DNA from: Dehalococcoidia bacterium
GTDB lineage: Bacteria; Chloroflexota; Dehalococcoidia; Plut-88900
Length of the DNA stretch: 64,000 bases
Assembly: GCA_965207225.1 (NCBI GenBank)
Contig: CBDBLV010000004.1
Location: 384,001 to 448,000, forward strand
Reading direction: 5' to 3'
The notes under the pieces were generated by a model, which saw only the letters and a program-made list of their open reading frames with translations, did no database searches and had not been told where the DNA came from. Made by a program: the position numbers and the translations under genes. This document shows, piece after piece, positions 1-9,602 of this stretch (its first letter is position 1; every line of letters starts with the position of its first letter).

Positions 1-586
1 GTGAGAGTACGGGCTTCAGGCCGATGAGGGAAGCGCCCCAGGCGACGACTCTCGGGAACCGGCCGCTACGGCCCAGGTACTTGAAAGTATCGATAACCGC
101 CACCAGCCGCACCCGTGCTTTTACGGACTCGGCGATGCGGGTGACCTCTTCCAGGGAGGCGCCCTGAGCGGCGGCTCGGGCGGCAGCGAGGACTACGAAT
201 CCCTGGAGCATGGCCGCTCCCCCGGAGTCCATGACCTCCACCCGTGTAGGAGAAGAGTCTTCGGACACCATGTCCCTGGCAACGGTTGCAGCGCGGTGCA
301 TGCCGCTGAACCTGGCGGAAACGGTGATGCAAAGAACGGCATCGACGGTGCCGATGAGCTCCTTGAAAGCTTCAACATACACACCCGGTGAGGCAGGGGA
401 AGTGGTGGGGGGTCTTTCGGCGGACTGGAGGCGGCGGTAGAAGTCGGGCATGTCCATGTCGGGGTCGTCGGGGACTACGGTGTCGCCGAAGACGTAGGTC
501 AGGGGCACGACACGAATGTCAAGCTCCCGCGCAAGGTCGGCGGGAATGCAGGATGTGCTGTCGGTGACTATGGCTACTTTGCGCAT
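1..586 (-). CDS. DegV family fatty-acid-binding protein (runs off window start)
   Basis: Not in the ORF track. Manual translation from ATG at 586 gives MRKVAIVTDSTSCIPADLARELDIRVVPL...PTTSPASPG...FSG...VMDS...DTFKYLGRSGR...LKPVL, all DegV motifs. The frame stays open to base 1. Confidence 0.9.
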   Translation of the reverse strand, partial: MRKVAIVTDSTSCIPADLARELDIRVVPLTYVFGDTVVPDDPDMDMPDFYRRLQSAERPPTTSPASPGVYVEAFKELIGTVDAVLCITVSARFSGMHRAATVARDMVSEDSSPTRVEVMDSGGAAMLQGFVVLAAARAAAQGASLEEVTRIAESVKARVRLVAVIDTFKYLGRSGRFPRVVAWGASLIGLKPVLS

Positions 587-658
587 CTCTCGCTGCGTCC
601 GGAGGCGATCAAAGACTCCAGATGAGAGAGGATGATATCGGGTGAAGGGTGTCGGGCG

Positions 659-919
659 CTAGCCCAAGCTGCCGGCGCCGATGGATACGACCCAAAGAAT
701 TAGCACCGCCACCATGGGGCTAAAGTCGAGCGAACCGCCCCTGTAGACCAGCCGCCTGATAGGGGAGAGGATGGGTTCGGTTACCCTGTAGAGGACGTGC
801 ATCAGGGAGGCAACCCACTGCTTGTCCGTGCCCATGGGGAAGATCAGGCTCAGGATCATCCTGGCTATGATCATCCAGGACAGGACCTGGGCCAGCAATG
901 CGATTATGCCGAAGATCAT
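659..919 (-). CDS. yggT: YggT/YlmG family membrane protein
   Basis: 86 aa with LYRVTEPILSPIRR and DFSPMVA motifs; adjacent to proC. Confidence 0.9.
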   Translation of the reverse strand: MIFGIIALLAQVLSWMIIARMILSLIFPMGTDKQWVASLMHVLYRVTEPILSPIRRLVYRGGSLDFSPMVAVLILWVVSIGAGSLG

Positions 920-921
920 AT

Positions 922-1743
922 TCAGCCGACCCGCTGGGCCTTCTTGTAGGCCTCGACGATGGCGTTGATGAAAAGGCCTCGCAGGCCGCCCGACTCGAGG
1001 ACGAGGAGGGCCTCGGCGGTAGTGCCTCCAGGGGAGGTGACCATGTTCTTCAGTTCCGCCGGGTGTTTATCCGACTCTTTGTAAAGCTGGGCGGACCCCG
1101 CGACTGTCTCCACGGCGAGCTTTTCGGCGATGTCCCTGGAAAGGCCGACGTGTACGCCGGCGTCTATAAGGGACTCGATGACAAGAAAGGTGTAGGCGGG
1201 GCCGCCGCCGCTGAGGGCGGTGGCCATGTCGAGGTATTTTTCGTCTTCGACGTAGATCTCCTCGCCGAGGGCCTGGAGGATGCCGGCGGCGGCGGCACGG
1301 GCGTCGGGGCCTGCGCCAACGCCTGTGGTCCACATGGTTATTCCCTTCCCTATCTGGGCGGGGGTGTTAGGCATGGCGCGGACGAGTACGTCATGGCCGA
1401 GGCCGTTAGACAGAGTATCCAACTTCACTCCTGCGGCAATGGAAAGGACCATCTGGTCGCTTCCGACCCGGCCCTTCATCTGTTCGAGGACGTGGGGCAT
1501 GACCTGAGGTTTAACGGCCAGGACGACGGCTTCGGGGCCCTGGAGGGCGGCGAGGTTGTCGTCGGTGGTGGAGACGTTGTAAGTATCGGAGAGGGTGGAG
1601 CGTCGGGGTGCGATGGGTTCGCTGACTAGGATATCAGCAGGAGTGGCGACGCCCTGTTCGATAACGCCGCGCACAATGGCTTCCGCCATGACCCCGCCAC
1701 CGATGAATGAGAGTTTTATTTGGGGGCCTCCTCGCGCCGACAA
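922..1743 (-). CDS. proC: Pyrroline-5-carboxylate reductase (start may be ATA at 1719)
   Basis: FIGGGVMAEA, LAVKPQ, SIAAG, RAMPNT, ALSGGGPAY and VTSPGGTT motifs. Confidence 0.95.
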   Translation of the reverse strand: MSARGGPQIKLSFIGGGVMAEAIVRGVIEQGVATPADILVSEPIAPRRSTLSDTYNVSTTDDNLAALQGPEAVVLAVKPQVMPHVLEQMKGRVGSDQMVLSIAAGVKLDTLSNGLGHDVLVRAMPNTPAQIGKGITMWTTGVGAGPDARAAAAGILQALGEEIYVEDEKYLDMATALSGGGPAYTFLVIESLIDAGVHVGLSRDIAEKLAVETVAGSAQLYKESDKHPAELKNMVTSPGGTTAEALLVLESGGLRGLFINAIVEAYKKAQRVG

Positions 1744-1990
1744 GGCGAATGCAACGCTTGCCGGGACGGCAACTGTATACTAGATTATAGCACCCGCGCC
1801 TGTGGGACACGGGGAAAAGGACAAAAGAGTGGGCACCCTGGGGGGAGGTGGCGCCCAAGGGTGCCCGGAGGTGGTGTGCGCTGGGAGGAGCAGCGCACCG
1901 GGGTAACGGCAGTTGGGGGATAGCCCGATGGCTCGGGCCGTGTTCTGGGGGAGCACGCCCCCCGTCTGCCATTGCTTTGATATTAGGACG

Positions 1991-4393
1991 TTAGCCGCAT
2001 TTGTTGTACCCGCAGTCGTAGCAGGTCACGCATCCCTCCTGGTATACCAGGGTACCGTTGCACTCAGCGCACTTGCCTGAATAGGCGATTTTTCCATTTC
2101 CGTTGGTGTGGCCGTTTCCGTTCTTTTGAAGCTGGGGTAGAGGCACTTGCGCCCCGACAACGGACGGCGCCTCCGCACCGGGCCACTTTTCATGCTCCAT
2201 GAGATGCCGGGAGAGGACTAGGGCCACGGCGTCGGGGCCGGACTTGACGAGTTCACCCTCGTTCCAGGCGGGGCAGCAGGTTATGCCCCTCAACTGGTCG
2301 ATGACGTCCTGAGTCTCGATGCCCGAGCGCAGGGCCAGGGAGGCAAGTCTGGAAATGGCCTCCAACTGGGCAGAGTCGCAGCCTCCGGCCTTGCCGAGGT
2401 TGGAAAAGACCTCGAAGGGAGTCTTTTCTTCATCGAAGTTGACGGTGACGTACATGTTGCCGTGGCCTGTGTGGACCTTCTCGGTGATGCCCTGGACCTT
2501 GGAAGGCCTGCGCCTGGGGGTCGGGCCTGAGTGGGGAGCTTCGTCGCCTTCTCGGGCCTTCTGGGTCTGGCCGGTGTTCAACACCTGCTGACTCTTGCTG
2601 CCATCCCGGTAGATGGTCACGCCCTTGCAGCCTTCCCGGTAGGCCAGCATGTAGACCTGCCGGACATCTTCTATGGTGGCGTGGTTGGCGAAGTTGACGG
2701 TCTTGGAAACGGCGTTGTCGGTGTGCCTCTGGAAAGCGGCCTGCATCTTGACGTGCCACTGGGGGCTGATGTCGTGGGAGGTTACGAAGAGGTCCTGGAC
2801 CCACTGGGGGACCTCGTCGAGTCCCTGGGCTGTCCCAAGATCGGCCAGCTTCTCCATCAATTCCTGGCTGTAGAAGCCTTCGCGCCGGGCCACGGCTTCG
2901 AAGTAGGGGTTGACCTCGACCAGCCGGGCGTTGTCCATGACGTGCCTGACGTAGCTGAGGGCGAAGAGGGGCTCGATACCGCTGGAGCAGTTGGCGATGA
3001 TGCTGATGGTGCCCGTGGGGGCGATGGTGGTGCGGGTGGAGTTGCGCATGGGCCGGGGGCCAAGCTGTCCGCCTGGGCCGTAGACCGAGTCGTCCCAGTC
3101 CGGGAAGTTGCCCCGCTCGCCGGCGAGGGCCCCTGAGGCGTCGGTGGCCTTTTCGTCAATGAATCTCATGACCTTTTCGCCGAGGTCCAGAGCGGCCTGG
3201 GAGTTGTAGGGAATGCCCATGAGGATGAGCATGTCTGCCCATCCCATGACGCCCAGACCTATCCGCCGGATGCTGGTGGAGGTCTCGGCGATCTCGGGGA
3301 TGGGGTAGTTGTTCATGGTGACAACGTTGTCCAGGAAGCGGACGCAACTCTCGACCACTTCTCCCAACTCGTCCCAGTCAACGGCGGAGCTTTCGTCAGT
3401 TTCGAGAACAAACTTGGCGAGGTTTATGGAGCCCAAGTTGCAGGAGTCATAGGAGTAGAGGGGTTGCTCTCCGCAGGGGTTGGTGGCCTGGATCGGGCCT
3501 CGCTTGGGCACGGGGTTGGAGCGTTCGTCGTTCATCCGGTCGATGAAGATGATGCCCGGGTCTCCGGTCTTCCATGCGCTTTCGACCATCTCGTCGAATA
3601 GGGGCTTGGCCTCTATGGACTTCACTTTGACCTTGCTGTTGGGGTTGACGAGGTCGTGGGTACTGCCGTTTTCCACGGACTGCATGAACTTCTCGGTTAC
3701 GGCAACAGAGATGTTGAAGTTCTGGAGAGAGGCGTCGTCATCCTTGGAGTGTACGAACTTCAGGACGTCGGGGTGGCTGACGTCCAGGATGCCCATGTTG
3801 GCGCCGCGTCGGGTGCCGCCCTGCTTCACTACGTCGGTGGCGGTGTCGAAGATACGAATGAAGGAAACGGGGCCGCTGGCCACGCCGCCCGTGGACCCGA
3901 CCCTGTCGCTCTCGGGCCTGAGGTTTGAGAAGGCGAAGCCGGTGCCACCGCCGCTCTTGTGGATGACCGCGGTGTGCTTGGCAGCTTCGAAGATGCCGTC
4001 TATGGAGTCGGGGACAGCCAGTACGAAGCAAGCGGAAAGCTGCTGGAGTTCCCTACCGGCGTTCATTAACGTCGGTGAATTGGGCATGAACTCGTTGCGG
4101 GCCATGAGCTGGTAGAAACGCTCTGCCAGGAGCTCGACGTCCATGTCGGCGGCGCCGTATTCCTTTTCGCCCTCGGCAATGTTGCGTGCCACGCGTCGGT
4201 AGAGGTTTTCCGGGACCTCGGCGGGCTTGCCGTCGACATCCTTGACCAGGTACCTGCGTTCGAGTACGGCCATTCCGTTTTCCGATACCAGGGGTATCTG
4301 ATTGCCGAATTTTTCGGAGATTTCGCTGCTAAGGCCCTTGACCATCTGGGAGTGGACGGTTGACTGATTGGTGGTCTTCTTGCTCTGTACCAA
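1991..4393 (-). CDS. nrdJ: Class II (adenosylcobalamin-dependent) ribonucleotide reductase with C-terminal TSCPD domain and Zn ribbon
   Basis: PNSPTLMNAG, QLSAC, QGGTRRGANM, ATNPCGEQPL (catalytic NxCxE), CNLGS, TIAPTGTISI; C-terminal CAEC...CYDCGYNKCG. Confidence 0.93.
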   Translation of the reverse strand: MVQSKKTTNQSTVHSQMVKGLSSEISEKFGNQIPLVSENGMAVLERRYLVKDVDGKPAEVPENLYRRVARNIAEGEKEYGAADMDVELLAERFYQLMARNEFMPNSPTLMNAGRELQQLSACFVLAVPDSIDGIFEAAKHTAVIHKSGGGTGFAFSNLRPESDRVGSTGGVASGPVSFIRIFDTATDVVKQGGTRRGANMGILDVSHPDVLKFVHSKDDDASLQNFNISVAVTEKFMQSVENGSTHDLVNPNSKVKVKSIEAKPLFDEMVESAWKTGDPGIIFIDRMNDERSNPVPKRGPIQATNPCGEQPLYSYDSCNLGSINLAKFVLETDESSAVDWDELGEVVESCVRFLDNVVTMNNYPIPEIAETSTSIRRIGLGVMGWADMLILMGIPYNSQAALDLGEKVMRFIDEKATDASGALAGERGNFPDWDDSVYGPGGQLGPRPMRNSTRTTIAPTGTISIIANCSSGIEPLFALSYVRHVMDNARLVEVNPYFEAVARREGFYSQELMEKLADLGTAQGLDEVPQWVQDLFVTSHDISPQWHVKMQAAFQRHTDNAVSKTVNFANHATIEDVRQVYMLAYREGCKGVTIYRDGSKSQQVLNTGQTQKAREGDEAPHSGPTPRRRPSKVQGITEKVHTGHGNMYVTVNFDEEKTPFEVFSNLGKAGGCDSAQLEAISRLASLALRSGIETQDVIDQLRGITCCPAWNEGELVKSGPDAVALVLSRHLMEHEKWPGAEAPSVVGAQVPLPQLQKNGNGHTNGNGKIAYSGKCAECNGTLVYQEGCVTCYDCGYNKCG

Positions 4394-4487
4394 GGTTCGC
4401 TCGATTCTAGGTTTTGCAGATTGTGTCCGGGACTGATTAGAAATAATGCGGAACAGCTTGCCACGTATTCGCCGGCCCCCCGACCCT

Positions 4488-4682
4488 TCAGTCGGGGGCT
4501 GGATCAGGCCAGGGAATCTTGGTTACCAATCCCATCGATTCCAGCAGTTCGATATCGGCTTCCTCGGCCAGGCCTTTATCCATGGGGCGTTTCGGAAGGG
4601 AATCGTCCTTAGAGAGACGTTGGCCATTCCTGACGGTAACGACATAGTCATTTGCCGGAGTTTTGACCTTGTGCAGTTTCAT
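4488..4682 (-). CDS. Small hypothetical protein (64 aa) between nrdR and nrdJ
   Basis: Fills the gap between nrdR and nrdJ on the same strand, starting 11 bp after the nrdR stop; no recognisable family. Confidence 0.45.
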   Translation of the reverse strand: MKLHKVKTPANDYVVTVRNGQRLSKDDSLPKRPMDKGLAEEADIELLESMGLVTKIPWPDPAPD

Positions 4683-4693
4683 TTCAACTACGC

Positions 4694-5242
4694 CTAACGC
4701 CTTCCGGACTGCGTGCGCCCTTGGGCTGTTCGTGCGGTTTGTCGGGTGACTTCCAGGAACATCGGGAGCTGGGCTGATGGAGACTCTTCGCCGTCGGGGG
4801 AGCTGAGGAGGGAGTCAACCTCTTCTTTGAAGGTCTCCACGTCTTCGAAGTCGCGGTAGACGCTGGCGAAGCGGATGTAGGCCACGCGGTCCAGGTCCTT
4901 GAGTCGGGCCATGACCAACTCGCCAATGATGCCAGTCGGGACCTCGGCCCTGCCGAGCTTCTGGAGTTCTTCCTCGATCTCGTCGACCATTTTTTCAATG
5001 GCGCCGAGGGGCATGGGTCTCTTGGCGCAGGCCTTGTGGATGCCGGAGGCCAGCTTGGAGCGGTTGAAAAGCTCCCTACGCCCGTCTCCCTTGATGAGGG
5101 TCAGGACAGCACCTTGGATCCGCTCCAAGGTGGTGTAGCGCAGGTCACAACGGAGACACTGCCGCCGTCTCCGGACCGCACCTTCTACGGTCCTGGAATC
5201 GATGACCTTCGAATCTTCGAAGTCACAGAAGGGACAACGCAC
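4694..5242 (-). CDS. nrdR: Transcriptional repressor NrdR
   Basis: RCPFC...SKVIDSR...RRRRQCLRC Zn ribbon, ATP cone, DRVAYIRFASVYRDF. Start set at the GTG of VRCPFC. Confidence 0.96.
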   Translation of the reverse strand: MRCPFCDFEDSKVIDSRTVEGAVRRRRQCLRCDLRYTTLERIQGAVLTLIKGDGRRELFNRSKLASGIHKACAKRPMPLGAIEKMVDEIEEELQKLGRAEVPTGIIGELVMARLKDLDRVAYIRFASVYRDFEDVETFKEEVDSLLSSPDGEESPSAQLPMFLEVTRQTARTAQGRTQSGRR

Positions 5243-5287
5243 TGTTTGAGGCACCGCCGTTCAGCTATTTAGCCAAAGATTGACATA

Positions 5288-5334
5288 CCACAATATGTGG
5301 TGTCGGCGGTAAACGCTACTACTATATATGAGCG
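5288..5334. promoter_or_regulatory. Tandem NrdR boxes
   Basis: ccaCAATATGTGGtgt (core at 5291) and ctaCTATATATGAgcg (core at 5322) resemble acaCwAtATaTwGtgt. They are 31 bp apart and lie just upstream of nrdR-nrdJ. Confidence 0.8.
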
Positions 5335-5394
5335 TTGTCAAGCAATGGATCGCCCCAATTTTGGAGCAATTTTCGAACCAGTTCTAAATCCAGT

Positions 5395-6528
5395 TTAGCG
5401 GAAAGCACCCGTGGCCCGGGTCCCGAGCCCTTTGCGAAAGAGGCCACTAAAGCGGGAGCCATTGCTCACCCTGCGCGCTCCGTTGGGGAAACCGTTGGGC
5501 CGCTCACGGACCGGCTGCACCAATTCCTGGGGTTGGGCAGAAATTACCCTGCCTTTCGGGAGGTCTTCTACCGTGTGCTCCATCTCCAGGCCGGTTGCAA
5601 TGAGGGTCACGCGGACCTTGCCGTCGAAGGCTTTGTCTCGTACAACGCCGAAAATGACGAGAGCGTCGGGGTTGGAGGCGCTGGTAAGCATCTCGGCGGC
5701 CCGGTTGGTCTCTCCGATGGTGAGGTCGTCTCCGCCGGTGATGTTCAGCACGATGCCAGTGGCCCCCTTGAAGGAGGACTCCAGCAGGGGCGAGGAGAGA
5801 GCCCGGGTAGTGGCCTTGCTCATGCGGTCCTCGCCTTCTCCCATGCCGATGGCCATGAGGGCGCGGCCGCCATCCTTCATAACGTTACGCACATCGGCGA
5901 AGTCCACGTTGATCTCGCCAGGGACGTTGATTATGTCGGCGATGGCCTGAACGCCCTGAGCAAGGACGTCGTCTACCATGCCGAAGGCCTCGCCCATGGG
6001 AAGATCGTATTCACAGGCGTCGAGGAGGCGGTTGTTGTCTATGGCGATGAGGGTGTCGACCTGCTCCACGAGCATATCCAGGCCTTCTTCGGCGATGATC
6101 ATGCGGGAACGGCCTTCAAAGGAGAAGGGTTTCGTGACGACACCCACAGTGAGGGCTCCGGCCTCCCGGGCCAGCTGCGCCACAATAGGTGCGGCGCCGG
6201 TGCCGGTGCCCCCACCCATCCCCGCCGCTACGAAGATCATATCTGCGTCGCTGACCAGCTCCTGAAGCGCCTCCCGGCTCTCCTCTGCGGCCTTCCACCC
6301 CACGCTGGGGTCTCCGCCGCTACCGAGGCCGCTTGTAGTCGCCGGGCCGATGCAGATCCGGGTGGGGACATCCATGAGGTCCAGGGCCTGGGCATCGGTG
6401 TTGATGCAAGCCAGGTCCAGGTTCTTGGCCTTGGATACGGCCATCCGGGACACGGCATTGGACCCCCCACCCCCGACCCCAATTATCTTTACCCTGGCCA
6501 AGTTAACCTCTCTTGCCTTCCTAATCAT
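5395..6528 (-). CDS. ftsZ: Cell division protein FtsZ
   Basis: IGVGGGGSNAV, NTDAQAL, AGMGGGTGTGAAP, PFSFEG, INVDFADVR. Confidence 0.97.
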   Translation of the reverse strand: MIRKAREVNLARVKIIGVGGGGSNAVSRMAVSKAKNLDLACINTDAQALDLMDVPTRICIGPATTSGLGSGGDPSVGWKAAEESREALQELVSDADMIFVAAGMGGGTGTGAAPIVAQLAREAGALTVGVVTKPFSFEGRSRMIIAEEGLDMLVEQVDTLIAIDNNRLLDACEYDLPMGEAFGMVDDVLAQGVQAIADIINVPGEINVDFADVRNVMKDGGRALMAIGMGEGEDRMSKATTRALSSPLLESSFKGATGIVLNITGGDDLTIGETNRAAEMLTSASNPDALVIFGVVRDKAFDGKVRVTLIATGLEMEHTVEDLPKGRVISAQPQELVQPVRERPNGFPNGARRVSNGSRFSGLFRKGLGTRATGAFR

Positions 6529-6602
6529 TTTCCTCTCCCTTTCACGCCCTGCCAGAGGGCGCAGCTATGGGGCCGGCCAATTCCGCCAGCCGGTCCCGGC
6601 TT

Positions 6603-7532
6603 CTAGACCCGTTCCCCCACCCTGAGCCTCGCGCTTCGGGCCCGGGGGTTACCGTGTATCTCTTCGGAAGTGGGAGCTACGGCCTTGCGGGTGATCCGCT
6701 TCATCCGGCGCACCCGTCCGCAATTGCACTCCGGCTGTTCCGGAGGGCAGATGCAGCCGCCCGTCTCCCGACGCATGAATGTCTTGACCAATGCCGCTTC
6801 CAGGGAGTGGTAGGTGATGACTACCAGTCTCCCGCCCTCGGCCAGCAATCTGACCGCTCCTTCCAGACCCTTTTGAAGGTTTTCGAGTTCACGGTTGACG
6901 CGAATTCGAAGAGCCTGGAATGTACGGGTGGCGGGATGGATCCTTCGCCGCCCCCCACCCGACGCCTTTGAAATAATCGTTGCAAGGGCTCCCGTGGACC
7001 TGACCGGGCGCGCCCCCACTATCGCCGAGGCGATTCTCCGAGCCCGGGGCTCTTCGCCGAATTCTCGAATAGTCTGAGCGATGTCAGCTTCCGGCCAGGA
7101 ATTGACGATCTCCTCGGCGGTCAGGGTCTGGGTCGAGTCGAACCTCATGTCGAGGGGGCCGTCGGCCTGGAAGCTGAAGCCCCGGGCCGCATTGTCGATT
7201 TGGCGGGAGGAAAAACCCAGATCGAAAAGGACGCCATGGGCCTCCAAGATGCCAGCCTCAGCCGCCAGTGTTTCCATGTCGGCGTAGTTCCCGGCTCGGG
7301 CCTGGAAAGCAGGGCCGAAGGCAGACAGGCGTCTTGCGGCTATGGGAGGGACGGAAGGATCGGCGTCGATGCCCAGGACCCGGCCCCCGGGCAGGCAGCG
7401 CTCGAGGATCGCGGCGCAGTGGCCCCCTTCACCCATTGTCGCGTCTATGTATGCGCCGCCGGGCCTGACCATCAGACCTTCCAGCACCTCGGCTGTCATG
7501 ACGGGCTTGTGGCTGTAGTCGTTCATCGTCAT
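6603..7532 (-). CDS. rsmH: 16S rRNA (C1402-N4) methyltransferase RsmH
   Basis: HKPVM, DATMGEGGH, DLGFSS, DGPLDMRFD, HPATRTFQALRI, NPRARSARLR. ATG at 7532 overlaps the mraZ stop (ATGA). Confidence 0.96.
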   Translation of the reverse strand: MTMNDYSHKPVMTAEVLEGLMVRPGGAYIDATMGEGGHCAAILERCLPGGRVLGIDADPSVPPIAARRLSAFGPAFQARAGNYADMETLAAEAGILEAHGVLFDLGFSSRQIDNAARGFSFQADGPLDMRFDSTQTLTAEEIVNSWPEADIAQTIREFGEEPRARRIASAIVGARPVRSTGALATIISKASGGGRRRIHPATRTFQALRIRVNRELENLQKGLEGAVRLLAEGGRLVVITYHSLEAALVKTFMRRETGGCICPPEQPECNCGRVRRMKRITRKAVAPTSEEIHGNPRARSARLRVGERV

Positions 7533-7966
7533 CGGGCCAGGGTCCCGCCGGTGAGACCCTGGGCTATCTCCGAGGCCTGTTCTTCCATCAACTCTCGTTC
7601 CCGAACCCAAAGCTCCCTGCTCCAGATCTCCAGGTGCCGCCCTACCCCAGCCACTACCACTTCTTCATCAATCTGGGCGTAATCTCTGAGCGTGTTGGGG
7701 AGACCTATCCTTCCCAAGCGGTCCAGATTCAGGCGAAAGGCACTGGAAAAGACCAGCCTGTTTACCCGCCTGGCACCCTGGTCGGTACCCGGGAGGGAGG
7801 CATATTCCTCGGCGAGCCGGTCCCAGGTGGAGGCCGTGTACGCAACGATACAGTTATCGTAACCCCTGGTTACGACAATGCCGTCCTGGAAATCGCCTCG
7901 GGACTTGGGGGGGATGGCGACCCGCCCCTTCTGGTCCAGGCGATATTCGTATTCACCGAGAAACAT
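7529..7966 (-). CDS. mraZ: Division/cell wall cluster regulator MraZ
   Basis: MFLGEYEYRLDQKGRVAIP; second repeat LDRLGRIGLP; LEIW. Confidence 0.95.
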   Translation of the reverse strand: MFLGEYEYRLDQKGRVAIPPKSRGDFQDGIVVTRGYDNCIVAYTASTWDRLAEEYASLPGTDQGARRVNRLVFSSAFRLNLDRLGRIGLPNTLRDYAQIDEEVVVAGVGRHLEIWSRELWVRERELMEEQASEIAQGLTGGTLAR

Positions 7967-7973
7967 ATTATCG

Positions 7974-8008
7974 CCCACTTTTCCCCACTAGTTCCCACAT
8001 TTTATCAC
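7974..8008 (-). promoter_or_regulatory. MraZ-binding (dcw) boxes
   Basis: Minus strand reads GTGAtaaaat GTGGgaacta GTGGggaaaa GTGGg, four boxes with exact 10-bp period immediately upstream of mraZ. Confidence 0.8.
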
Positions 8009-8080
8009 TCACAACCTATCTGTCAACGTGTTTTGGGCGGATTTTCCACGTGATATGATGGCCGGAGAAGGCCGAGGCAG

Positions 8081-8566
8081 ATGTCACAGTTCAACGTGGG
8101 AATATTGACCAGCAGCGACCTCGGGGCGCGGGGTGAACGAGAAGACGCGAGCGGGCCCCTTATCAAAGAGATGGTGGGCGAACTGGGAATGAATGCCGCC
8201 AAATACGTGATGGTGCCTGATGATCAGCACCAGATTGCGGACACCCTGCGGGAGTGGGCAGACAGTGGAGAGGTGGACTTAATCCTGACCACGGGCGGGA
8301 CGGGGCTGGGGCCGAGGGACGTCACGCCAGAGGCGACCCTGGCAGTAGTCGAAAGGCAGGTCCCCGGAATACCGGAGGTTATGCGCGCCGCCAGCCTGGA
8401 GAAGACGCCAATGGGGATGATCAGCCGACAGGCGGCCGGGGCCAGGGGGTCGTGCCTGATAGTCAATCTGCCCGGCAGTCCCAAGGCCGTGCGCGAATGC
8501 CTAGAGGCGATATCGCCGGTGCTGGAGCACGCTCTGACGCTGCTCAAGGGCGATACGGCACACTAG
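8081..8566 (+). CDS. mog: MogA/MoaB molybdopterin adenylyltransferase
   Basis: [40 protein letters not shown]. Confidence 0.9.
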   Translation: MSQFNVGILTSSDLGARGEREDASGPLIKEMVGELGMNAAKYVMVPDDQHQIADTLREWADSGEVDLILTTGGTGLGPRDVTPEATLAVVERQVPGIPEVMRAASLEKTPMGMISRQAAGARGSCLIVNLPGSPKAVRECLEAISPVLEHALTLLKGDTAH

Positions 8567-8582
8567 CCAGCCTGCCCGTTCC

Positions 8583-9314
8583 ATGAATTTTCACGTCTTT
8601 ACCCTGTTCCCAGCCATGTTCCAGGGCCCACTGAGCGAAAGCATCCTGAAGCGCGCCCAGGATAAGGGCCTGCTGAATGTGTCGCTGCACGACATCCGGG
8701 ACTACGCGGAGGACAAGCACCGGGTCGTTGATGACTACGCATACGGCGGGGGCCCGGGCATGGTGATGAAACCCGAGCCGGTCTTCAAGGCAGTCGAGAG
8801 CCAGCTTGAGCGGATTAAGCAGAACCAGTCGGAGCCTTCAGGAGTGCCTGTCATCTTGATGAGTCCGAGGGGCAGAGTGTTGACGCAGGACGTGGCCCGG
8901 GAGCTGGCCCGCCACCCGGACATGGTGTTGATTTGCGGGCACTACGAGGGCGTAGACCAGCGGATTATCGACCATTTGGCTACGGACGAGATAAGTATCG
9001 GGGACTACGTGCTGACCGGCGGCGAGCTGGCGGCGATGGTACTAATCGATTGCGTAGCGCGGCTCGGGGAAGGAGTGCTGGGTTCCGAGGAGTCCACTAC
9101 GCGGGAGTCCCATACCGACGGCTTGCTCCAATACCCACAATACACCCGACCCCCGGAGTTCAGGGGTTGGACGGTTCCAGAGGTGCTGCTGTCGGGACAC
9201 CACGCTCGTATTGAGGAGTGGCGTCGGGAGCAGTCATTGCTGGAGACGCGGCGTCGGAGGCCGGACATGCTGAAGCCTTCGGAAGGCACTTCCGATGAAA
9301 CAACAGACAACTGA
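8583..9314 (+). CDS. trmD: tRNA (guanine-N1)-methyltransferase
   Basis: [56 protein letters not shown]. Confidence 0.97.
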   Translation: MNFHVFTLFPAMFQGPLSESILKRAQDKGLLNVSLHDIRDYAEDKHRVVDDYAYGGGPGMVMKPEPVFKAVESQLERIKQNQSEPSGVPVILMSPRGRVLTQDVARELARHPDMVLICGHYEGVDQRIIDHLATDEISIGDYVLTGGELAAMVLIDCVARLGEGVLGSEESTTRESHTDGLLQYPQYTRPPEFRGWTVPEVLLSGHHARIEEWRREQSLLETRRRRPDMLKPSEGTSDETTDN

Positions 9315-9418
9315 ATGGCAGGGGGAACAGTCCTCCTGCCAAGGCCTTGGCAGGGGTTCGACCTTTCCTTGACCCTCGAAAGGCGCGATAGTAGAATCCC
9401 TCTCACATTCCGCCCAAT

Positions 9419-9495
9419 GGTGAGCGTAGCCTAGCGGTTAAGGCGCCAGGTTGTGGCCCTGGAGATCGAGGGTTCGAATCCCTTCGCTCACCCCA
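9419..9495 (+). tRNA. tRNA-His (GUG)
   Basis: Encoded G-1, acceptor stem GTGAGCG/CGCTCAC, anticodon arm CCAGG-TTGTGGC-CCTGG, T loop GTTCGAATC, encoded CCA. Confidence 0.96.
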
Positions 9496-9526
9496 TGCAC
9501 CTAACAACTACATCCATCGCAGACCT

Positions 9527-9602
9527 GCGCCTGTAGCTCAGTGGAAAGAGCATCGGTCTTCGGAACCGAGGGTCGGGGGTTCGAATCCCTTCAGGCGCGC
9601 CA
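9527..9602 (+). tRNA. tRNA-Arg (UCG)
   Basis: Acceptor stem GCGCCTG/CAGGCGC, anticodon arm TCGGT-CTTCGGA-ACCGA, T loop GTTCGAATC, encoded CCA. Confidence 0.95.

Noticed and set aside
1991-4480. Intein or intron in nrdJ, or a cobalamin riboswitch upstream
   Set aside because: The catalytic motifs are contiguous at normal length, and no B12-box was recognised.
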